Source: Octopus vulgaris (Eukaryota). Taken from it: 64,000 nt of DNA. The stretch covers positions 161,076,001-161,140,000 of the forward strand of contig OX597814.1 in assembly GCA_951406725.2 (NCBI GenBank), written 5' to 3'. Each line of letters starts with the position of its first letter. Positions within the stretch are counted from its first letter, which is position 1. Position numbers and translations under genes: made by a program. Of this stretch, positions 24,740-38,096 are shown piece after piece. The notes beneath the pieces were generated by a model. The model made no database searches. It was given only the letters and a program-made list of their open reading frames with translations, and was not told where the DNA came from.

Positions 24740-25297
24740 ACAACTGGCACCCATGCCAACCTTCCTTCATTGGACACTAAACTCTGCTTGCAAAGACCTG
24801 TTGGGGCAAGTGAAATCGAAATTGAACCAAATTCGATGACTGGTACCTGTGCCAGTGGAGCGCTAATAGCACCATCCGAGCGGGATCACTGCCAGAGCAG
24901 CTGTCTGGCTCCCATGCCAGTGGCACGTAAAAAGCTCCATTTGAGCATGATCGTTACCAGCGTCACCTTACAGGCACTTGTGCCGGTGGCATGTGAACAA
25001 AACATTTGAGCAAGGTCGTTGCCAGTGCTGCTGGACTGACTCCTGTGCAGGTGGCACGTAAAGAACACCATTTGAGTGTGGCCTTTGCCAGTACTGCCAG
25101 ACTGGCCCTTGTGCCAGTGGCACATAAAAGCACCCACTACACTCTCGGAGTGGTTGGTGTTAGGAAGGGCATCCAGCTGTAGAAACTCTGCCAGATCATA
25201 TTGGAGCCTGGTGCAGCCATCTGGTTCGCCAGTCCTCAGTCAAATCGTCCAACCCATGCTAGCATGGAAAGCGGACATTAAATGATGATGATGATGA
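24740..25297 (+). mobile_element. RTE 3' UTR/tail with tandem repeats and (GAT)n
   Basis: Repeated GTGGCACGTAAAAAGCACC units, then GTTAGGAAGGGCATCCAGCTGTAGAAAC...(GAT)n. Confidence 0.8.
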
Positions 25298-25689
25298 TTT
25301 AAATGCTATTAATTTATAGTTTCCTGACTGCATGTTTCACAATTTTCACATCTTTGAACATAAGTTCAATTCCTTAATCATGATTTAATTGTTTGAAAAG
25401 TTAATTTGCTAAATTTTTTAAAAAGTAACACACAAGCCATTAAGCGATAGATCGACAAACTTTAATGTTTCAATTTTGTGAATTTCACTAAAAAAATGTC
25501 TTAAGATAGATGAGACATTTCTATTTTAATTAATATCAAGAAAATCTGAAATTAAGTCAATAAATTTAAAGAATTAAAAAAATAAAAAGAGATGTAAAAT
25601 TAAAGAATGAAGAGATTACTACTTGAAAGAAACAAGAACTTTCTTTTCAAATATCACAATAATTGCTTTAATAAATTGTCTGTTATCCT

Positions 25690-26390
25690 TTACTTGTTTT
25701 AGTCATTGGACTGTGGCCATTCTGGAGCACTGCCTTGAAGGGTTTTTCTTTCAAACAAATCAACCCCAGTTGTCAAGTGATAATGGAAACAACACTAACA
25801 CAAAGATACACACATATACATAAACACACACACACACACAGTGTGGTAAGAAGCTTGCTTCCCAACTACATGATTTTAGGTTTGATCCCACTATGTGACA
25901 TACTTGGGCATGTGTCTTTTACTATACTGTCGGGTTGACAAGCCTTGTCAATGGACTTGGTAGACCAAAACTCAAAGAACCTCATCGTGTGTGTGTGTGC
26001 ATGCATCTTTGTGTCTGTGTTTGTCCCCCAACCACTGCTTGACAACCAGTGTTGGTGTGTTTATGTCCCTGAACTTAGTGGTTCAGCAAAAGAAATGATA
26101 GAATAAGTACTAGGCTTAAAAGAATAGATACTGGGGGCAATTCTTTTGACTAAAAATTCTTCAAGGTGGTGCCACAGCATGACTGCAGTGTAATGACTGA
26201 AACAAGTAAAAGATAAAAGATATGTGTACATCAGCCTTTCTCACAGTTTATGCCTACCAAATTCACTCACAAGGCATTCGTTGGCCCAGGGTTGTAATAG
26301 AAGACCCTTGCCCAAGGTGCTGCCACATTGTAGGACTGAACCCAAAGCCACATGGTTGCAAAGTGAGCTTCTTATCCACATAACCATGCA
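25690..26390. mobile_element. SINE family B fragments, both orientations
   Basis: Family B head, body and tail motifs. Confidence 0.7.
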
Positions 26391-27057
26391 TAATTTAGCA
26401 AAAGTAGTTGACATAGAAACCTTCATGAGAAAAGCTGGTGCAGCTTGGTTGCTGGAGATTTGATAGAATTTTTTTCTCTTTTATCCTTCATAATCCATTT
26501 CCTTTCCATAGAATGTTTGTCTGGTAAATCAAGCAGTCAGTCATTCACATTAAAACACTCTTTTATGTAATGAAACATTAAAAAAAAAGCAGAACAAATT
26601 TTACATATTGTGTCACAAAGGAATTACTTGGTAATAGGCTATGGAAACTTTGGGGGAAAATTAGTAGCTTGCTACAACAATTTTCTTCCTCTTTTCATTG
26701 CTTCTAAAATAATAAAAATGATAAAAGAATTATGTCTGAATAATAACACAGAACAGTAATCCTTTTTTTAATCAGTAGAATATTAAAAAAGAATTAGAGA
26801 GGAACACTTACAAATGTAAAGTCAATGGATCTTCCAACAGTTTCAATGATGTGTATTTCTGTTGTTAAATGTCTCGAACTGCTTGCTCATTGTAATATTG
26901 TGTCTGAGTATTCCATAGCATACATGCATACATGCTAAGAAGGTTGCTTCTCAACCACATGGTTCCAGGTTCAGTCCCACTGTGTGGCACCTTGGGCAAA
27001 TGTCTTTTACTATAGCCTCAGATGGATTTGGCAGATGGAAACTGAAAGAAGCCTGTT

Positions 27058-27820
27058 GTCATCATCATCATCATAATCATCATCATCGTTTAACATCCGC
27101 TTTCCATGCTGGCATGGATGGTTTGACTGAGGGGGCTCCAATCTGATCTGGCAAAGTTTCTACAGCTGGATGCCATTCTTAACATCAACCACTCCAAGAG
27201 TATAGTGAGTGCTTTGATGTGCCGCCAGTATGAGGGTAGTCAGGCAGTACTGGCAACGGCCATGCTCAAATGGTGCTTTTTACATGACACCGGCACAGAA
27301 ACCAGTCAGGTGATGCTGGCAATGATCATGCTTGAATGACGCTTTTTACGTACCACTGGCATGAGAGCCAGTGAATGGCCCTGGCAATGATCCTGCTTGA
27401 ATGGTGCTTTTAACGTTCCACTAGCATGGGTGCCAATCCGGCAGTACTGTCATTGGCTATGACAACGATTTTACTTGCCTCAACAAGTCTTCACATGTGT
27501 AGCTTATTATACAATGATTGAAGGTACTCTTAAATGGGCTGGTTATGCAGCACTGGCATAAGCCATGGTTATGGTCTCACTTGGCTTGCTGGGTCTTCTC
27601 AATCACAGCATATCTCCAAAGGTCTCGGTCACTTGTCATTGTTCCATGAGGCCCAACATTCAAAGGTCGTGAATCACTATCTCATCCCAGGTCACCCTGG
27701 GTCTACTTCTTCCACAGGTTCCCTCAACTGCTAGGGTGTGACACTTTGTCACACAGCTGTCCTCATCCATTTGCAACATATGACCATACCAGTGCAGTCA
27801 TCTCTCTTGCACACCAGATC
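27058..27820 (-). mobile_element. RTE-clade LINE 3' end (ORF C-terminus, tandem-repeat 3' UTR, (GAT)n tail)
   Basis: The minus strand at about 27800-27680 reads RLHWYGHMLQMDEDSCV..C..LAVEG...RSRPRVTWDE, the RTE 'RL.W.GH..R.....GRP..TW' terminus. Confidence 0.8.
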
Positions 27821-28023
27821 CTCACACAAAGCAAACATTTTAATTTGACCATGTGAATGTAGCACAATATACACTGAATATTCTACCATATTTTTAGCTT
27901 CTCATTATCAATTTATTCTTTTATTCATGCTAAAATTGTTACAAACACCACCATAAAATCAAGTAAATTGTTGTATAACATGTCCATCTTTGATGAATTA
28001 AAATGAAAGTAATGAAAATATGA

Positions 28024-28305
28024 CAGGCGCAGGAGTGGCTGTGTGGTAAGTTGCTTACCAACCACATGGTTCTGGGTTCAGTCCCACTGTGTGTGTCTGT
28101 GTTTGTCCCCGCAACATCACTTGACAACTGATGCTGGTGTGTTTACATCTCCGTCACTTAGCAGTTTGGCAAGAGAGACCGATAGAATAAGCACTAGGCT
28201 TACAAAGAATAAGTCCTGGGGTCGATTTGCTCGACTAAAGGTGGTACTCCAGCATGGCCGCAGTCAAATGAATGAAACAAATAAAATAAAATAAAAATAA
28301 AAGAA
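28024..28305 (+). mobile_element. SINE family B, internally deleted
   Basis: GGCGCAGGAGTGGCTGTGTGGTAAG head and family tail. Confidence 0.8.
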
Positions 28306-28320
28306 GAGTATTCCTTCTAA

Positions 28321-28619
28321 TCTTTATATATAAAAGTGAAGTTGTGTGTCTGTCTCCTACGATTTAGATTCCTAACTACTTCCACATTTTGCGGTGCAGT
28401 GTAACCAAAAGCGGGTATCTTATAGTCGTGATTCATATCGAGCCCTTCTGGGTGTTAGTGCATGTCTACGATGAGTCTACGATTTAAAAAAAAAATTACC
28501 ATAATTTTTTCCCATTTTTAATGCAATTTTTTGCTATTATATAAGGGAAGTAACTCTCTAAAAATGCTTATATAGTTTTTTCCCTTACAAACCCGAGCAA
28601 TGCCGGGCGATACTGCTAG
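28321..28619 (+). mobile_element. Non-autonomous Helitron
   Basis: A|TC...CTAG|T ends and CCCGAGCAATGCCGGG hairpin; close to the third unit of the trimer. Confidence 0.9.
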
Positions 28620-29399
28620 TGTTTTATATGATGAATGCTGTGGAATTAAAGGTTAAGTACTTATTAAGCTAATTTTCCAACCAATTTTTGTTTCTTATTT
28701 CTCTTTTCATTCCCTTACACTAATAATACTTTCTACTATAGGTACAAGGCCTGAAGTTTTTTGGGAGGGGGGCTTGTCGATTGCATTGACCTCACGACCC
28801 TGATGAGATGAATTGTAAAGATGATCTCAATGGAATTTACTCATATATTAATAATGGCCTCCATACACTCCTGTTCCTTCAACTCCATCCAAATAAATTT
28901 TGACAGTGTAAGGAAGGTAAAGAGAAATAACTTTAGTGTGAATTTCCAGAAACACAGTAATAAAATCTCAACAAGTTCTATCTAGAAATGGATATGTATG
29001 CTAAAAAAATTTGTTTAAATTTCATATAAGAAAAAATTATAAAGAAAATATATTTTATCTTTATTCACTAAGATTTGTAGATGTTTCTTTCATTATATAA
29101 ATATTTTATGTAATTTTTTTTGTATGTTTATATGGAAACCTTATCTTTTAAAATGAAATAGATAGATAACGGAAGTCAAACACACACAAACATACAATAT
29201 ATTGAATACTACTATACAGATCAATAAGTTAGTAGAGCTGACTCAAAGGTTTAGTCATGTCTCTGCTGCATCCGTGTATTAAAATAATATTTTACAACAC
29301 AAAATTCTTTTGGCAATCTAGTGTAATAGCTATTTTAGGTGATTTTTTTTTTCTAGTTTTCATTTACTGTACTAGAACACTCATAAAATTACTACTTAC

Positions 29400-29560
29400 C
29401 ATATTTTCTGTATAAGAATATTCATAAGATGGCTATTTACCAATGGCCAGCATAATCTTGCGTTGAGTAATTTCCAATAAAAAAAAAATGCTTTAAGCAT
29501 TTTGGCAGTAATATATTTGGTAAGGAACTTGGCTCTCCGAACTGATTTTGTTTGTTCACT
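29400..29560 (-). other. Candidate 161-bp coding exon with an Sfi1-repeat-like motif
   Basis: Pyrimidine tract then CCAG acceptor, ATG|GTAAGT donor; frame SEQTKSVRRAKFLTKYITAKMLKAFFFYWKLLNARLCWPLVNSHLMNILIQKI. Confidence 0.3.
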
Positions 29561-31189
29561 CTGGTCATAACATGCAAGTTGGAGGAATAAAAAGTAGAAT
29601 TTTATGCAAACTTTATAGCAGTTTACTTTAGTGTTATTACTATTTTATTTTCACTCAAGGATTCTAATATTGGTTCATATATTTGCATAAAATTATAAAT
29701 TTTTAGGGAAAGTGTATGGTTAAACTGTGTCATGTTGCCTTACACATATTCAACTGATTTTAGAATAGGAGAGAATATATAGATTATATGTAGGAGTTTG
29801 CATAAAATCTACATTTACTGACGAGGCAGTTAAAAATAATGACCTAAAGATTTTCTGTCTATCTCCTATATGAAGAACATATATTTAAGAGAAGGCTAAT
29901 ATACTTAATTTGATAGGCCACAAAATAAAAATTAATCACTTTAAATTACACTTGCAAAGGAAATAAATATAATCAGTGTTAATGATAATTCTTCTGAAAA
30001 ACAAGGGAGGTAACTCTGAAATAACAGTTAATTAAAAATTGAATGAAAGCAATCAGTGGACAGAGGGCAGCCTGATCTTTAGTAAATTTAGTGACAGGTC
30101 AAGACATATTTTAGTCTTAGTGACCCTCCTCAGTAAAGTATGGTACAATGTGTACCTGCCACTGATGTTGGCAGCATGATCAATGAATAATTAATGAGTG
30201 CAAATAATCCATGAGGTAAGTTTAAATTATTGAATGGCAAGGAAGCTTCCACAGTGTATCCACTCCAAGAAATCTTATAACTGGGAAGGCCACCAAGTGT
30301 TCAATCACTGCATTACACTTTGAAGATTTAAAGCAGATAAGAAGATAGAAGGATAATTGTCAAAGGAAAACTGCTTTAGAGTCAAACAATGGCTGGACAC
30401 ATTGTATAGCATTATAACTTGTGGTGAAGAAAACTGAGAGAGGAGCTTTTATGTGGTCACTAATTCTGCTAGAAATAGCAACAAAAATCTTCTTCAAATC
30501 ACACCACATTATCTTAAAAAAGGTCTTGGTCATATTGAACACTGTGGTCCTAGACACACTGTATCTGAACACCTTGGCCAAACATCTTGGCTCTGACACG
30601 GTGTTAAACAACAACAACAACAACCTATAGAAATGCTGTTGCTGTTGTTTAACAGCAAATTATCTCTGACTGAGTGAAGCTAAAATCAAAACCATTTCAG
30701 TTGTGACCATCCTGCCTGTTAGTCAGGCACAGTGTACTTCAGATTGCATTATCCAACATGTCCAGCTTCTTCAAACAGTAAGGTGTGGTTTGGGAGTGGG
30801 ATTTGGTTGCTCTGTCTAGCATATTTAACAAACACATAAAAACCTTCCTTGTTAGCTCACCTGTGATGATAAAAATAGCCTTAGCAAGTTGTTTGGGTTG
30901 ATGCTGTTATATGAAGATGAATAAAACTTATATAGTCATGATGTGTCATTAATTGAAATGATTTCACTTAATGCTCAGATTTATGACACATGATATTTTA
31001 TTGTTTATCTCTTTCATATCACAATTGGTGAACCAGTGTGCCATTGGGTACAGGCTTTCATCAAGCTAAACTCTGATTCACCATATCTCTTAAAAGCAAG
31101 AGTGACAAGGGAGTGTCTTTAAATCTTTAAATTATAGTAGAGACCACATTTTCATTCTAGATTCTTCACTGATATACACTGGTGAAAGA

Positions 31190-31272
31190 TACATACATAC
31201 ATATATGCATAAACACACATATAAACATACTCATGCATGCATATAAGACATATATATGTATATATATGTGTG

Positions 31273-31304
<32 letters not shown>

Positions 31305-31380
31305 CACAGCCCCCCACATACACATACACACTTATACATACACATACACAATTATACATACACACACATATATAGATATA
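31190..31380. repeat. Degenerate (TA/CA) microsatellite
   Basis: Direct reading. Confidence 0.9.
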
Positions 31381-32239
31381 TCGATGTATTGATTGGACTA
31401 TTGGATTTTTCTATACAACACTGGTCGCGATCATGTCCTGTAAATTCAGTCATTACCTCACAGCATGGGAAGTTCACTGTCATCAATTTACTACAGAATC
31501 TCCATTACTTTCATGTTTTCTTTTTCAATAAAATAGTTTTTAATTATTAATGGTAAGATACTATGGATATAGTTTCATGGTTAACTTTCCTCACGGTGAA
31601 TTTTCCTTACAGTGAACTTTCTTCATGGTGAATTGATAGCAGTGAACACTCTTGTGATGAAATGATAATAGGTAACTTATCTGTAATTGGTCACAATGCA
31701 CTGCTTTGCATTGTTATACCTTCTTAGTGTTACTCCACTGGCTGGTTGGGCAAGCCAACATTCCCTCTGAATGGAACACTACTCCGTTGCAGCGGGCTAG
31801 AGCAACATGAAATGAAGTCCTTTGCTCAAGAACACAATGTACTGCCAGCCTGGGAATCAAAAGGATTCTCTTGTGATCGTGAGTGCAACACACTAAACAC
31901 TAGGCCATGTACTTTCATGTGTGTATGTGTGTGTGTGTGTGTGCGTGTGTGTGTGTGTGCATGTGTGTGTGTGTGTGTGTGTGCATGCATATTATATGTC
32001 TTGGTTGTGGATTGAGTAGACCATAACTCAAGAAGGTATTCAACACATTTATTAGATGCAGAGTTGATATTTCCTTTATCAATTAGGTGACACCTTACAA
32101 TTGTTCAATTGTGTCAATACATTCTTGTGTTTGTCTAAAGATCAGATTCAAACCAGCCTTTGAAGAAATTGAAACAACCGTATAGTGAGGCATTACATGG
32201 TTAGTAAAGTACACACACACACATGCACGCATAAGCATA

Positions 32240-32465
32240 GCTTGCAGAATCATTAGCATGCAGGGTAAAATGCTTAGTGGTAATTCACCTGCCGTTATGT
32301 TCTGAGTTCAAATTCCGCCGAGGTCAACTTTGCCTTTCATCCTTTCGGGGTCGATTAAATAAGTACCAGTTATGCACTGGAGTTGATGTAATCGAATTAA
32401 TCCCTTTGTCTGTCCTTGTTTGTTTCTTCTATGTTTATCCCCCTGTGGGCAATAAAGAAATAAAT
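32240..32465 (+). mobile_element. SINE family A
   Basis: Family A body and tail. Confidence 0.85.
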
Positions 32466-32720
32466 GTAAGGTACATTTTTTTCTCTTTCTCTTGCTCATA
32501 ATTCTTTATCTTATTTTTGATCAAGAGCATTACCCAAAACTTCTGATTCTCTTCTGTTTCATTGTTTGACATATTTATTTTCATGGTACACTTGTTTGGT
32601 TTTTGTTTTTGCTTCTGTTTTATATGTCCACACTTTTTCAGGCACATGCTTTCACTTGTCTGACTTTGTGTATTATTTGTTTATTTGTCTCCTTTTTGCT
32701 TCATAAACTTACTGGTGTTA

Positions 32721-33307
32721 TCTCTCTCTATATAAAGCTGAAGTTGTCTGTGTATGGCAGGTTTGGTAGCCTTCAACTAACACTATCTCCTCCGAGACCC
32801 TGTGGCGCAAGTTGACCAAAATTGAGAGTATGATAGAAGGTTTGCTCTTCCTTCCGTAGAAGAAAAAATTCAAATCGGACTATGTGAACACCAAAAATTA
32901 TTTACATCAAAAAGGTGCTTTTTTTCTAAAAATCCCTATTTTTTACGATTTTTTGATTGCTGTGTCGCCATTTTTCGGTGTATTTCAACCAGAAAAATGT
33001 TCACTTAACCCTTTTGTTACCAACCCGGCTGAAACCGGCTCTGGCTCTGTAGTACAAATGTCTTGTTTTCAGAATTTTTGAATTAAAATCTTCTACCAAA
33101 CCTTAGTCACAATTTATGTTCCTAATACTAGCTGAATGATAACTAAGTTATTTTACTAAATTCTTAGTTATATTTAAAGTGATTGAAAGAAACACAGAGT
33201 ATCTCAAAATAAATGAAAGCTACATAATGCAAAATTTTTACTTTTAAAAAATTCCAATTCTAAGGATCGAAAACAAAAACCTGAGCAATGCCGGGCAATA
33301 CTGCTAG
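32721..33307 (+). mobile_element. Non-autonomous Helitron (second subfamily) with a nested piggyBac-type MITE fragment at about 33009-33214
   Basis: A|TC start and CCTGAGCAATGCCGGG..CTGCTAG|T end; internal TTAA|CCCTTTTGTTACC terminus, also seen decayed at about 35380. Confidence 0.75.
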
Positions 33308-33983
33308 TTTATGTAATTTTTATCTACATGATGATTGCCTCATCTTATCAGACAATAGTAATATCAGATTCAGCCTGTAGTGAGATATCTATATGTCATC
33401 AGATTTAAGTGACAAAATATTGTACAACACTTTTGCCATTCTCTTGGTTGCCATAGTAGGTTTAATTAGTTTAAATGTACACAAATGCATAGAGATAATT
33501 TTTAATTTCATTAGACATTCTAAAATACTATTAAATTTCATTCAATTTTAAAAAAGGTAAAATTGGACAGAACTAATGGGATGACCTGATATAACCAGAA
33601 CATAACGGCAGGTGAATTACCACTAAGCATTTTGCCCTGCATGCTAATGATTCTGCCAGCTATGCTTATGCGTGCATGTGTGTGTGTGTGTGTGTATTAT
33701 ACTAACCATTGAGTAATTATACTAACCATTGAGTAATTCTTCAGTTTAATGTTAAAATATTTTCATTATAATTCAGCATAAAAATATATGAGTAAGTGTG
33801 TGCGTACATTGTGAATGGAAATGTGTGACACATACACTTCCATTTGAAAGGTATTGACTGACCTAAGGTAATGGTAGAAGATATTCACCTAAGTTGTATA
33901 TTAGGATTGAACTTGCAACTAGTTGGTTGCAATGTAAAATTTCAACCCTACATCTACAGCCATGCCTTCACTTTTTCTTAAGG

Positions 33984-33984
<1 letters not shown>

Positions 33985-34047
<63 letters not shown>

Positions 34048-34184
34048 TAGAGATAAAACCACTATTATGCAACTCAAACAGTGATAGACATAAACCAAAA
34101 CATAAATAACAAATAATATATATTTTTTACTAGATCTCAAAAAGTATAAAAATAAATGATCAATATATAATAAGTAAAAAAAAC

Positions 34185-34237
<53 letters not shown>
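33985..34237. repeat. Two (TA)n microsatellites
   Basis: Direct reading. Confidence 0.95.
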
Positions 34238-34240
<3 letters not shown>

Positions 34241-35999
34241 GTGCGTATATAATGTTTAATAACATTTTTGACATATACACACATGCAAACACACACACTT
34301 GTGTGAACTTGCCCACTCTTTCCTCTTCTCCTATAAATCAGAAGTGTCAAACTTGTTTAAGATAAACCATAAGGTATATAAACTCGTATGTATGTAATAC
34401 TTCAGATGTAACACATACACATAGACACGAGAATGTGCAGGCACTGCTGAAGAAACATCTCAGCACATACGTATAACCATGAACATTTAACATACACTCA
34501 CACACTAACATGTATATATGTACACACACACACATATATGCATGTGTGCACACATGCATATACACAAAGGTGTATCATTAATCATTAGATGCATCTAACC
34601 GAATGTATGCTATATTTTTAACACAACACAGAGAACAAAAACAGAAATACATACACATGCACAACACACTGACACACTCACACGGATAGAACGCATGTAT
34701 GCATATCCATACACAAATGTACACAAATTCAAACTCACATGAACAGAAAATCACTAACATACACACTCCATTGCTCACACACACAGTGTCTGTGTATATG
34801 CGCATGCACACACACACACACACAGACATAGACACACACACACACACACACAAGCGTGAACAAACTCATGAAGACAGGAGTATATGATTAGTCATGCAAT
34901 ATGTCTGCCACTAAAACTGTTCCTCTGCTCCTCTAACATCTAACATCTAGTATCATTTTCTGATGGTATTTAACCAATCAAACCTCTATCCAGTGACACA
35001 AGAAATCTAAATCATCATCATTATCATCATCATCATTTCACGTCCGCCTTCCATGCTGGCATGGGTGTATATATATATATATATATATATATACATACAT
35101 ACATCAAAAACTTGATATTCAACAATTCTACAGTTCAGTAAACCTGAGTAAACCTTACATTAAATGTCTTTTTTTTTTAAATATCATAATCCTTTTTCCA
35201 CCAAGATAGAAATGGATGTTTCATTCCCAGGATATAGAATGACCCTTAGTTTACAATTAGTTTTTCGATTCATTCCGTTTTATATTCTAAATGTCAGGAA
35301 ACAAATTAATTCGACAAATAGATAAATGCAAAATAAAAAAATTAAAAAATGTTCTCATATTTAATGCAGTTTCAGTTCAACTCTTTTGATACCAACCTGC
35401 CTGAGATAAACCCTTGCCTCTATGATATAAACATCCTCATTTAAAAGGATCTAAATTAAAATATCTCATCAAAACTTCAAACTTCATGTTAATCTATGTT
35501 CCAAACACCAGCTTCATAATGATATAGTTATTTTACTAAATTCTTCTATTTTCAAAATTTATTGAAACAAAGGCAATCTATCTAAATGAAAATTTGGTTT
35601 TAAAAAAATAGAGTTATTAAAAATAAAATCCTATATTGTTGAAAGCAAAGTTAATCCAAAAGAATGTCTGGAACAGCCTAAATGGAAAGCCAAGAAAGAC
35701 CAACTCTCAGTTAATGGTATAGAATTTATATCAACATTTGAAGTTTTTATTGATATTATAAATAAAATAGCAGCAATTCATGGTTAGCATGGGTATTCTC
35801 TAAACCTTTCTACTTCTCAATATCAACTAGTGTATTAGTAGCATAGGAGGGAGAAGAGACAGTTTCCACCCCTACCCCCACACCAGGCAGTGCTTCTATG
35901 GGAATGGTACTTTTGGGTCTGCCCTATAAGCTTGTATGTTGTTTCTTTTTTTTTGTTTAACTGTTATTGTTAAAATTTAAGTATATTTGGTGTATTTAA

Positions 36000-36219
36000 C
36001 CCTTTAGTGTTTAAACCGGCCATATCTGGCCCAAATATTCTACAAGTTTTATATTCAAAGTGGCCATATCCAGCCTCTCACACCAAACCTACACTGACAT
36101 TCTAAAAATAAACAAACACATCATTGAAACTTCAAAGCTATAAGCTAATGCATGATTAATTCAAAACAATTTGAGTGAAAAAGTATTACATTTAACAGAG
36201 TAATCTGAACACAAAAGAG
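36000..36219. mobile_element. piggyBac-type MITE
   Basis: TTAA TSD on both sides; termini CCCTTTAGTGTTTA / TGAACACAAAAGAG. Confidence 0.75.
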
Positions 36220-36471
36220 TTAAAGCATACTATATTTGAGTATAACATAAACTAGTTAACAATTAATCATCATCACCATCATTATTATAATCATTAAGAA
36301 AATCTAGGAAGTGCTGAACAGCAGGTCTTCAGAGAAGATGCTCTTCTACATGCAAATGTATCAGCCCTTGACTCCTTACATTCAAAGAAGGTCAGGCAGC
36401 ATCCAGGCCACAAGTCCTAGATACCCTTCTGTCATCACATTCTGTGCTACTTTTGCATTGCATCCTTTTAG

Positions 36472-36765
36472 TGGAGGCACATGGCCTAGTGGTTAGAGCA
36501 GCGGACTCGTGGTCGAGAGATCACGGGTTCGAATCTCAGATGTGTGTGTGTTTATGAGCAAAACACCTAAGTTCCACGCAGCTCCAGCAGAAGGTAATGG
36601 TGAACTTCTGCTGATTCTTTCGCCAACTTTCTCTCACTCTTTCCTCTTGTATCTTGCAGCTCACCTGCGATGGACTGGCGTCCCATCCAGGTGGGGGATC
36701 CTCTATTCCAAGGAAACCGAGAAACCGGCCCTTATGAGCCAGGCGTGGCTCGAGAAGGAACAAAC
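36472..36765 (+). mobile_element. tRNA-derived SINE, family D
   Basis: Homologous to 16521-16835; GGTTCGAATCTC B-box. Confidence 0.8.
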
Positions 36766-37894
36766 AAAATTGCATCCTTTTGGATGTTAAGAGGGAATTA
36801 CTGTGCAATACATTGTATTTTTTGTGGGGGACAGGGAGGTGTATGGGAGGGACACAAACTTAAGGGGCTGCCCCAAGTAGCACTCACTACAATGTATATT
36901 TTTGTACATTTGCTTAGTGACTCACTCTTATCACTACTTTAGCAAGCATAGTGAAAGTTATGCTTCTTTGATGAAATCATAATAATTGCTTCTAATTTAG
37001 GCACATGGCTGAGAATTTTAAGTTAGTTGATGGCCATTGACCTCAGTACTTGATTGTTACTCATTTTATCAAAGCTGACCTTGGTAGGATCTGAACTCAG
37101 AATGTAAACAACTGGAATAAATACTGCAAGAACATTTTATCCAACTATCCAAAGACTCTGCCAATCCACCAATGACATAGCTAGAGTGTGTACTACCCAG
37201 GGTAGCCCTTGAATTTGCCATCCCCAACCACGGCCCTCATGTCCAAAATTCCAGCCCCATAAAAGCATTGACAAGGGAGGACCAACCAACTTGTCCCACT
37301 CCACCACATGCTAGCTATGCTACTGCAATCCACCGCTTTTCTGCCAAAATATGTCTTATCAAAGTAATTGGTTTCAAACTCTGGTACAAGGTCAGCAGTT
37401 TCAGGGAAGGGGATAAGTTGATTACATCAACCTCCAGTGCTCACTTAACACCGAAAGGATGGAAGGCAAAGTTGACCTCAGCAGAATTTGAACTCGGAAC
37501 ATAATGACAGATGAAATGCCGGCTAAGCATTTTTCTCAGTATGCTAATGATTCTGCCAGCTCACCACCTATGTCTTATCAAAGTAATTAAATTTGATTTA
37601 TTGAGTAATATTTTTTACACCTCATAATTATTTCTACTTGTTTTCTTTTTCCTAATGTTCTTTGCATTAAATATGTCAACACTAAGTTGCAGCTGACAAA
37701 AGTTAATTTAATGTTAGCATAATGTAGTGAGCATTAAAATGGTAAAAAGAAATAATTAGTTTGATAGAAAGATAGAGATTGAAGTGAGATAAAGAGGTAG
37801 GATAAACAGAGAGTTCTTTGTGTTGATTTTGGATTTGTGAATAACAGTAAAAAATTACTACAGTCCATAATTGTTGGACAATTGTTGAATAAAT

Positions 37895-38057
37895 AGGTGC
37901 AGCCACGGCTGTATGGTAAGGAACTTGCTTCCCAACCACATGCTTCTGGATTCAGTCCCACTGCATGGCACCTTGGGCAAATGACTTCTACCTATAGCCT
38001 TGGTTCAATCAAAGTCGTTATGAGTGGATTTCGTGGATGGAAACTGAAAGAAGCTGT

Positions 38058-38096
<39 letters not shown>

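Noticed and set aside
30113-30215. Plus-strand exon-like segment ending GAG|GTAAGT
   Set aside because: Stops in the frames checked; at most a non-coding exon, with no further support
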